Shown: piece by piece, positions 29,759-36,573 of the stretch
Position numbering within the stretch: position 1 is the first letter of the stretch
How the letters are laid out: every line of letters starts with the position of its first letter
NCBI GenBank assembly: GCA_965247115.1
Contig: CBDFGR010000003.1
Span: forward strand, 736,001-800,000
Source: Myxococcota bacterium
GTDB taxonomy: Bacteria > Myxococcota_A > UBA9160 > SZUA-336
DNA length: 64,000 nt
Direction of reading: 5' to 3'
Translations under genes and position numbers: made by a program
The notes under the pieces: model-generated
Told to the model about the DNA's origin: nothing
The model's input: the letters and a program-made list of their open reading frames with translations, nothing else
Database searches by the model: none

Positions 29759-30284
29759 GGTGAACTCCTTCTCTGAGACGTGGCCGTAGTGGTCGCCTCC
29801 GGCCCATGGACGAGATGAGAGGGTGCAAGCCCCTCCTGTGTGAGAAACGGGTGCCGATTTTACGCGGACTTCTCGGGTTCTGACAATGTGCCTGGGGCAC
29901 GAGGCGATCGTCGCGAACGCGCGCCGCGTTCGGCTCATCGCGGAGAACGACTAGAAATTTACTGGGTTAATGCGGAGCTGCTCGCGCTTTCTCGGGAGGC
30001 CCGTGCGGGCCCGGACGCAGCTGGTGAACCAGCTGCGGGACTGCCGGGAAGCGGAGGCCCTCACGTTCCTGGCGTTCCGGTGACCTGCGTCCCGTCGGGT
30101 CGGCGAGCATGTGTTGGTCCAGGTCGCATTCTCCACGTCCACGGTGTCCCGTCGCGGGTGCAGCGATCGTTAGCGTCGCGAAACGCATGCTAGCGGTCCT
30201 GGGCCGTCTCCTCCCATATTTCTGGTGCCGACCAAGCGATTGCGCGGTAGCCGAGCAGCTCAGGTCAAGACTCCGCGGGCTGTT

Positions 30285-30432
30285 TCAAGCGCTCGCTGCA
30301 AAGCTCGGAGTCCATCCTGCGGTGGTTGCCGGGCGAATTCGTCACGACTCGCGGAACTACCGAGTCCTCAACCAGCTGATTGGTGAGGGAGAGGTGAGGC
30401 GCCTCTTCCCAGATTGCAACTGGCTCACCTGA
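30285..30432 (+). pseudogene. C-terminal remnant of a HigA/ImmA-IrrE-type regulator
   Basis: LAAKLGVHPAVVAGRIRHDSRNY...EVRRLF resembles the C-terminus of this family. Confidence 0.6.
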
Positions 30433-30439
30433 GGTTCTC

Positions 30440-31200
30440 GTGATCGAAAAGATCGGGTACATCCCAATCCTGAAGTCCCGAGAGGGGAGAATTCCGTGCG
30501 CTCCGCTCAATCGGACTGAGGAACCGATCGCACCCTCTTCCGCTGATCGACCTAGTACCACCACCCTGGGACTTCGAGGCGGAAGCACCGACTCGATCAA
30601 TGGACGAGCACGCTGCTCTGATCGCGCCTCGTCTATGGAAGTTCTGGGGCCCCGACACGCCCCTACTGATCGACTCGCAGAAACCTCTCGCTGAGAGCGT
30701 ACTCAACAGCCTGCGCAAGCTCCCTTGGATAAGAGACTGGCGCTCTCTGGTCCTCTCCGGCTCAGCGTTCCCTGAGAATCTTGCGAGCTTGCCTCCCGAC
30801 AGCACGTCCACAATACCCCGCGTTGAGTGGACCCTGGGAAAGATGATTCACTCGAGACGGCGAGCACTCGTAAGGTGTCCGACCTTCGGAGATTATGGGG
30901 TCGCACATCCGATTCCAGTAGAGATCGATCCGCTCGGTATGAATGAGCGCGAATCTCCGATACACGCGCGACAATTCGGGACCGTGCTCCGGGCACGGAA
31001 CGTGCCGGAATTCGGGACTGGCCAGTTCACTAGGCTCTGCCGAGCTCGTGTCGAGTGAGAACTACTGTGGAGTCGACTTCTCCGCCGACGACGGCCGAAT
31101 TGAGCAGTGCGCGAAGGGAATCGTTGGCCCAGGAGTGCCACGACCTGGCGCGAGATAGGGACATCGCACCACATCCGCTTTGTGCTGAACCAGCTCTACG
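30440..31200 (+). pseudogene. Beta family protein (T4 beta-like), multiply frameshifted
   Basis: Fragments in different frames: YIPILKSREG, WRSLVLSGSAFPENL, PTFGDYGVAHP, SANLRYT, YCGVDFS, TTWREIGTSHHI. Confidence 0.7.
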
Positions 31201-31397
31201 CCTACCTCCTGCGCACACGATCTGAAGAGTCGGCACTGAGTCGCCCCCTAGCGCAAAGGATCAGCCCCGGAGAATCTCTTCAGTTCTGGTTGAAGGCGCG
31301 GGAAACGAGCTCGCTTCCGGATCGCCGGCGACCCCTCGCTATCAGTGGATCACTAGCCCCAGGAATCGCCGCAGAGGTCCAGCGTGACTCTATCGCT

Positions 31398-32803
31398 GGT
31401 GACGTCCGGGGTTTGCTGGAAACAAAGGGGGGATGCAACCTCGCGTGAATCAAACAAAACCCGCCGGACCTTCCGGCCACGCGAGGAGACATCCCCTTGG
31501 CAACGAGAGTACTGAGCAGCGAGAGGACGAGCCAGAAGATCCGTGAGCTGATCCAGGAGCTGGAGGAAGGAGACGGCCTGGAGGGGCTGCTCCAGCTCGC
31601 GATGCGCAAGATCATCGAGGAGGCGCTGGAAGCCGAGGTCAGCGATGTCCTGGGCCGAGGCCACTACGCGCGGCGACGCGAGGGGCAAAAGGGCTACCGC
31701 AATGGATCGCGACCGGCGCGGGTGAAGAGCGCCGAAGGTCCGATCGAGTACCGGGCTCCGCAGGTGAGCGACACCGACGAACCCTTCCGTTCCGGGATCC
31801 GTCCCGAACTCGAGAAGCGGACGCGCGCCCTGGAAGAGCTGGCGGTGGAGATGTACGCGAGAGGACTCTCGACCCGCGACATCGAGGCCACCTTTCGAGG
31901 CGAGGACGGACGGTCCTTGCTTTCGCGGACAGCCGTGAGTGAGGTCACGGAGCAGCTCTGGGAAGAGTACGAGGCCTTTGCGACCCGGGACCTCTCCGAG
32001 TTCAAGCTCCTGTACCTGTTCGTGGATGGCGTCGCCGAGCGCCTGCACACCGGTCAGCGTCGCGAGATGGTGCTGTGTGCCTGGGGCATCACCGACGAGG
32101 GCGAGAAGGTTCTCCTGCACCTGAGTCCGGGCACGAAGGAGGACACGGCGAGTTGCACGGCCTTCTTCCAGGACCTCAAACGTCGCGGCCTCGAGGATCC
32201 GCTCCTCGTCGTCACGGATGGAGCCCCCGGTCTGATCCGCGCGGTCGAGGAGTGCTTTCCCCGGGCGGAGCGACAACGCTGTTTGGCCCATCGGATGCGC
32301 AACCTCGCCTCCAAGATCTCCGAGCCCGACTGGCCGGAGTTTCGCGCCCACGCCAAGGCCTGTTACGAGGGACCCTCGCAAGAGGTCGCTCGTCTCCTGC
32401 GCGACGACCTGGTCCGACGCTACGAGAAGACGTTACCTACGGCCGTGCAGTGCTTCATGGATGATTTTGAAGCCTGCATCGCCCACTTGCGCTTCCCGGT
32501 AAAACACCGTCGCGTGATTCGGACGACGAACTTACTCGAGCGCCTCTTCCTCGAAGAGCGCCGTCGCATGAAGGCGGTCGTACACGCCTTCGGAGAGCGT
32601 GCGGTCTTGAAGCTGATGTATGCTGCGTTGATCCGGAGCGCCGAGTCCTGGCGGGGCATCGCGATCAGCGCCTTTGAAGCCCGACAGCTCTCTGTGATTC
32701 GGGAAGAGCTTGACCAGAACCACGAACGCCGTCAGGCTCCCGCCATCCCGTCACGCGAAGCCAATCCCCGGTCCCGCGTTTCCAGCAAGAACCGGACGTG
32801 ACC
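31398..32803 (+). mobile_element. IS256 family insertion sequence
   Basis: IRL GGTGACGTCCGGGGTTTGCTGGAAAC (31398-31423) vs reverse-complemented IRR GGTCACGTCCGGTTCTTGCTGGAAAC (32778-32803), 22/26 identical. Confidence 0.92.
31497..32801 (+). CDS. IS256 family transposase
   Basis: GYRNG, MYARGLSTRDI, LFVDG, VTDGAPGL, QRCLAH, RTTNLLER. Confidence 0.96.
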   Translation: MATRVLSSERTSQKIRELIQELEEGDGLEGLLQLAMRKIIEEALEAEVSDVLGRGHYARRREGQKGYRNGSRPARVKSAEGPIEYRAPQVSDTDEPFRSGIRPELEKRTRALEELAVEMYARGLSTRDIEATFRGEDGRSLLSRTAVSEVTEQLWEEYEAFATRDLSEFKLLYLFVDGVAERLHTGQRREMVLCAWGITDEGEKVLLHLSPGTKEDTASCTAFFQDLKRRGLEDPLLVVTDGAPGLIRAVEECFPRAERQRCLAHRMRNLASKISEPDWPEFRAHAKACYEGPSQEVARLLRDDLVRRYEKTLPTAVQCFMDDFEACIAHLRFPVKHRRVIRTTNLLERLFLEERRRMKAVVHAFGERAVLKLMYAALIRSAESWRGIAISAFEARQLSVIREELDQNHERRQAPAIPSREANPRSRVSSKNRT

Positions 32804-32813
32804 CAGGCCAGTT

Positions 32814-33423
32814 CTACCAGCGTGCGGGTTTTGTGAGCGCGCGGCCTCCTGGTAGCACCAGTGGATCGGGGAACTGGTGCTGGAGATAGCGAGGGGACTT
32901 AAGCTTGAACGTGTGTCCCGGGATCAGCTTTTGGAGTTCTTGGTTCTGTCTTGCGAAGGGGAATGCGAAGAAGATCGATTTCTCAGGATAGAGAGCTTGG
33001 GCAGTCCGCACGGCAGGGGCTAGATCCGTGTCGCCAGTCACCAGCACTGCGATATCACATTGGTCTGCATCGAAGATCTCAAGAAGCCTGCAGGCGATTG
33101 CTACATCGGTTTCCTTTTCTTCGTATGCAGGTCTTGAACTTGAACCGCCCAAGCTTGACACGCACACCCGTGGATTTGAGCGCTTCAATATATAGTTGGT
33201 GTCGAGCGGTCGAACCCGGTCGATAGTGGTCTCTGTGGTGAGCGAGCGCTGAGAAGTAGTAGATCCTCTCAAGGGTCGCAGTTCGTCCGATCACGGGGAG
33301 ACACGACTCGAGCAACGATCTGAGATTCAGCCACCGCGTGGATGGATGCTGAGGCAACCTCCGCTCGATCTCCTTGGCGGAGTGATAGACGTTGAAGCCG
33401 TCAACGAGGAAGACGGTCCGCAC
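32814..33423 (-). pseudogene. NYN (LabA/DUF88, PIN-like) nuclease, frameshifted near 33127
   Basis: N-half VDGFNVYH...YYFSA; C-half EEKETDVAIA...VTGDTDLAP in another frame. Confidence 0.85.
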
Positions 33424-33445
33424 GCTAGCCCCTTAAATCGAGAAA

Positions 33446-33496
33446 CCCCCCAGGCCTTAGCCTGAGGGGGACCAGCGCGCCCGTAGGCCCGGCTGG
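33446..33496 (-). ncRNA. Two-hairpin structured leader upstream of the NYN gene
   Basis: CCAGC/GCUGG stem with inner GCC-UACG-GGC (UNCG tetraloop); CCCCC(U)CAGGC-UAAG-GCCUGGGGGG. Confidence 0.5.
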
Positions 33497-33554
33497 GGAT
33501 GATGTATATTACTTATCGTCCCAACGCTGCGGAAGTCAAGTGGGGATTTCACCG

Positions 33555-33591
33555 AACTCTGCTAAACGGGTAGTCACCGTTTAGCAGAGTT
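33555..33591. repeat. Perfect 15-bp inverted repeat with 7-bp spacer
   Basis: AACTCTGCTAAACGG-GTAGTCA-CCGTTTAGCAGAGTT. Confidence 0.9.
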
Positions 33592-33664
33592 TTAAGCCCG
33601 TAACACGCGAAAAACTGGCGTATTGACGCCAGGGAACCGATAATACGGCCGAGTCTTAACCGGG

Positions 33665-33752
33665 TCCCCCGGGAGGGGGCTCGAACCCTCAAGACGCGGA
33701 TAGCGTCGCCCGGTTCCAGACCGGGTGCGTTTGCCAATTCCGCCACCGGGGG
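33665..33752 (-). tRNA. Atypical tRNA: Leu-type (long variable arm) body with UGG (Pro) anticodon; possibly a pseudo-tRNA
   Basis: CCCCCGG TG GCG GAATTGGCAAA CGC A CCCGG TCTGGAA CCGGG CGACGCTATCCGCGTCTT GAGGG TTCGAGCC CCCTC CCGGGGG A; CCA not encoded. Confidence 0.8.
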
Positions 33753-33864
33753 GTGTCCTAGGCGGATCCGGGGAACGGAGAAGTGGGTGGCCAACCTGAG
33801 CCTCTTCGCCCCCGGACCCTTGGGATCAGGGACGACTAGACGCCCCACGGCCCCTCGCCCGACC

Positions 33865-33873
33865 TGCTATGCT
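33865..33873 (+). promoter_or_regulatory. Putative extended -10 promoter for the moron genes
   Basis: TG-C-TATGCT 11 bp upstream of ATG 33885. Confidence 0.45.
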
Positions 33874-33884
33874 CAGGGCACCCC

Positions 33885-34157
33885 ATGCAGTGCTTTCTTG
33901 TGGCCATTCCACCGGGTAGCTCCATTAAGGCCCCGTCCATCGGCGAGACGTTTCCCGAACACCATCAGATCATTCCAGGTCTGGTATGGGCCGTGGCAGG
34001 CGACCAACGCACCTGCGTCGATGTGTGCGAAGCACTCGGCATAGGCTCAAAAGAGGGGCCCGAGACGCTCGGAGTGGTTGTCAGGATGGACGAGTACAAC
34101 GGGTTCGCCGACCGTGCTCTGTGGGAAAAGCTGAATGCATGGGAGACGCATGAATAG
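33885..34157 (+). CDS. Hypothetical moron protein
   Basis: 90-aa ORF opposite to the phage late operon, overlapping the next gene. Confidence 0.6.
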   Translation: MQCFLVAIPPGSSIKAPSIGETFPEHHQIIPGLVWAVAGDQRTCVDVCEALGIGSKEGPETLGVVVRMDEYNGFADRALWEKLNAWETHE

Positions 34158-34374
34158 TCCCGTCGTCCCCATTCAGCCCCGCGGCAGACCGAGCGGAGGC
34201 AATGGCGGCGGCGATTCCATCGAGGGGCGCTTGCGCGCGGTGGAGCAGCAACTCGCTCGGATCGAAGCCGAACTGCGCCATGTCGCCACAAAGACCTGGG
34301 TGCTCGGCGGCCTGCTCGGTGGCATGGGATTCGCCGCTATGTTGACGATCGCCATCATGAAGCTGTTCCTCTAG
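34150..34374 (+). CDS. Small coiled-coil protein with C-terminal TM helix (moron)
   Basis: IEGRLRAVEQQLARIEAEL...TKTWVLGGLLGG; GGAG RBS. Confidence 0.7.
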   Translation: MNSPVVPIQPRGRPSGGNGGGDSIEGRLRAVEQQLARIEAELRHVATKTWVLGGLLGGMGFAAMLTIAIMKLFL

Positions 34375-34757
34375 ACCGAGCCCCCACGGGGTCGCCCGAC
34401 ACGAGTCTCGCGGCTGTGCGGCGCCTCCCCGTACTTCCAGCCCTGGACATGGAGCCGCGTAGGCTCGTAGTCCTGGCCGACGTACGTGTGGTACTCAGGC
34501 CGCTCGTGCTCGGTCCGCTCGATCGCCATCTGCCGTCCCTCGGGCGTGTCGAAAACGATATCGATCGCCTCCCCCCACCCGGACCCGAACTGGTGCTTGC
34601 TCTTCTCGTGACCGCCCACAAGGGCGTTCCGCTTCTCGGTGCGGCATCCACCCGTCACCGATCCGCCGTACCAGCAGCAGAGCTGCCAGCACCAGAGGAC
34701 GAACTCGCCTACATCGACCCAATCGATCTGGTGCGGCTCCGAGAGAGGTAGGCTCAT
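34371..34757 (-). CDS. Peptidase M15-like (second endolysin-like protein)
   Basis: R...SKH...AIDI...LHVQ Zn-binding pattern. Confidence 0.6.
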   Translation of the reverse strand: MSLPLSEPHQIDWVDVGEFVLWCWQLCCWYGGSVTGGCRTEKRNALVGGHEKSKHQFGSGWGEAIDIVFDTPEGRQMAIERTEHERPEYHTYVGQDYEPTRLHVQGWKYGEAPHSRETRVGRPRGGSV

Positions 34758-35164
34758 GGCGCCAGCGAACGCATCATCCAGCCCGGCTTCCTCTTGTTGT
34801 GCCGGCAGCGCAGGCCCGCTTCCGGGCCGCAGGTATCGTAGGCGCCGAAGTTTCCGCCCACGAAGACCGCGCGGTGGTAGAGGAACCGGACCCAGCGCCA
34901 GCGCCACGGCAGGGATGTGCGGATGTTCTCCTTGAGCTCCCCATCGGCGTCGTTCTTGCGCTGCCACGTCATCGAGCCGGCCGGGTGACAGCGGGTGCAG
35001 TACCTCCAGTCGTGGATCCGGCAGGCCCAGCGGAAGTCGAAGCCGAAGAGATCGTCTGGTGAGCTCGAACAGCCGTCGTCCTGGAAGTGCTCCGGGATCT
35101 CTGCAAGCGTCCGCTTCGCCTCCTCCGGGATCGGCCGCTGCAGTCGGCCGTCTAGGAGCCCCAT
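34754..35164 (-). CDS. Phospholipase A2-like phage protein
   Basis: DGCSSSPD...ACRIHDWRY...AD motif. Confidence 0.55.
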   Translation of the reverse strand: MGLLDGRLQRPIPEEAKRTLAEIPEHFQDDGCSSSPDDLFGFDFRWACRIHDWRYCTRCHPAGSMTWQRKNDADGELKENIRTSLPWRWRWVRFLYHRAVFVGGNFGAYDTCGPEAGLRCRHNKRKPGWMMRSLAP

Positions 35165-35182
35165 TCCCTTCTCACCCCCCGC

Positions 35183-35461
35183 TCACTCATCGACCTTGAC
35201 GCGGACCGTGATCGGGACCTCGTCCGTTACAGCAGCGGATTTGTCGCTGCATCCGACCCGCGGGACCTCGTCCGCCACGGCAGCGGGTTTGTCGCTGTCG
35301 CTGCATCCGACCCGCAGGGCGTTGCCCATGACCTCGAGCTCGGCCTCGGCGCCGCCTTCAAAGCCGCAGACATCCCACATCACCCAGCCGTGCTCCCCTG
35401 GCCCGATATGCATCGCACAGGCGGGCAGGAGCAGCAGCAACGCGATCATCGCGAGCCCCAT
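35183..35461 (-). CDS. Small lipoprotein (possible spanin-like lysis component)
   Basis: Lipobox LPAC; lies within the lysis cassette; internal tandem duplication. Confidence 0.55.
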   Translation of the reverse strand: MGLAMIALLLLLPACAMHIGPGEHGWVMWDVCGFEGGAEAELEVMGNALRVGCSDSDKPAAVADEVPRVGCSDKSAAVTDEVPITVRVKVDE

Positions 35462-35881
35462 TTATGATCCCTCCGATACGGCCGACTTGTCGTCGAATTC
35501 CAGATGAACGTGACCGACAAGGACGCGCTCTCCCTTACGTTCTCCGGTCCGGATCTCATGCAGGTGCTCTTCGTAGACGACGTCGTACCGGCGCTTGCCG
35601 TGCTTCGCCTCGAGGCGCCCCTGGATCCGGCCAGCCCATGCCGGGCCCTCGATCTCCCACGGCCTAACGATGTTCCACACTCGGATGTCGAAGGCCTGGT
35701 CGTCGTAGTGCCGGCTACCCTTCTTGTGCTTCCCATCGTTCGCGCTCGTGATCACGATGCGGCCGTCGGTCATCACGGGGGCGGTGTCCTGCGCCGCGTG
35801 GAGCATCGCAACCACCTCGGGCTCGAAGTGGCCAGCGTTCAGCTGCACGTCGCCGTTCTTGATCTGGAGCATGGACCGCAT
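35462..35881 (-). CDS. Peptidase M15/Hedgehog-fold endolysin
   Basis: ITSANDGKH..GSRHY...AFDIR...HVHLEFD; GGAGG RBS. Confidence 0.75.
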   Translation of the reverse strand: MRSMLQIKNGDVQLNAGHFEPEVVAMLHAAQDTAPVMTDGRIVITSANDGKHKKGSRHYDDQAFDIRVWNIVRPWEIEGPAWAGRIQGRLEAKHGKRRYDVVYEEHLHEIRTGERKGERVLVGHVHLEFDDKSAVSEGS

Positions 35882-35928
35882 GGAGCACCTCCTGGTCGAG
35901 CACGCCTCAGCCGGAAGCGGCGATCAGA

Positions 35929-36219
35929 TCACCGCGGTTGAAGGCACTCCTGCCACGTGCGCCCCGTCTCCAGCACGCACTCCTCCGCCTCGTCTAGCAT
36001 CTTCTGGCGCATCTTCTGCTGCTCGATGTAGGTCATCACCTCGCCGAAGACCTTGTTCTGGACTTCGGCCTGGGAGGCGAGAGCCCCGCCGATCTGCTCG
36101 TGCACCTTCGCCGCGGACTCTTCGAAGGCAACGCGCTGCCCACCCCAGTAGAAGAGGCTTCCCGTCGGCGTGATGATCGCGAACGCCGCGCCCACGACCT
36201 TTCCCCATCCGTTCAGCAT
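35929..36219 (-). CDS. Holin-like membrane protein
   Basis: N-terminal TM segment plus helical tail, GGAGG RBS, directly upstream of the endolysin. Confidence 0.5.
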   Translation of the reverse strand: MLNGWGKVVGAAFAIITPTGSLFYWGGQRVAFEESAAKVHEQIGGALASQAEVQNKVFGEVMTYIEQQKMRQKMLDEAEECVLETGRTWQECLQPR

Positions 36220-36265
36220 GTCCGCCTCCCTCGTCGGTCCTGCTGCATGAGCCTTGCCGCAGGAT

Positions 36266-36573
36266 CTAGGGTCCTGGAATCTTCGTAATGAGGGCCGCGA
36301 TGAGTTGCCCTCGGGTCTTCCCTGTCTCGTCCGCCAGCCCGTCGATGAGGCCGCTGATGAACTCACCGAGCCCAACGCAAGCGCACGTGTAAACGAGAGA
36401 TTGGTGCGCGATGGGCCTGGGTCAATCGTGGCAACTCGCCGGCGCCCTTTGTCGCTCCGAGAGCACCATGGCATGTCCCGAGCGTCTCGTTTCTGGACCG
36501 AGTATCAGAATTACGGACTCGGACGGGACGATCGCAGCCACCATCAATGGAGTGGTCGCGCTGAGTCGATCAT
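36266..36573 (-). pseudogene. Decayed small tail-fibre-associated gene
   Basis: Terminal frame LIDGLADETGKTRGQLIAAL resembles LVDELATATGQTRDQIKTK of 38499-38747; upstream part has stops and frameshifts. Confidence 0.55.

Noticed and set aside
33623..33646. Plus-strand sigma70 promoter TTGACG...TAATAC
   Set aside because: Spacer only about 12 bp; the TTGACG sits in a small inverted repeat.
33665..33752. Reading the tRNA as Ser(GGA) or as an 8/4 allo-tRNA
   Set aside because: A GGA anticodon needs a shifted, 5-nt loop; an 8-bp acceptor stem introduces mismatches. The 7/5 fold with a UGG anticodon fits best.
33665..33752. Host tRNA serving as the prophage attB
   Set aside because: Its 5' end faces the phage and it is non-canonical, so it looks phage-borne; no duplicated 3' fragment in the window. 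Cannot be fully excluded.
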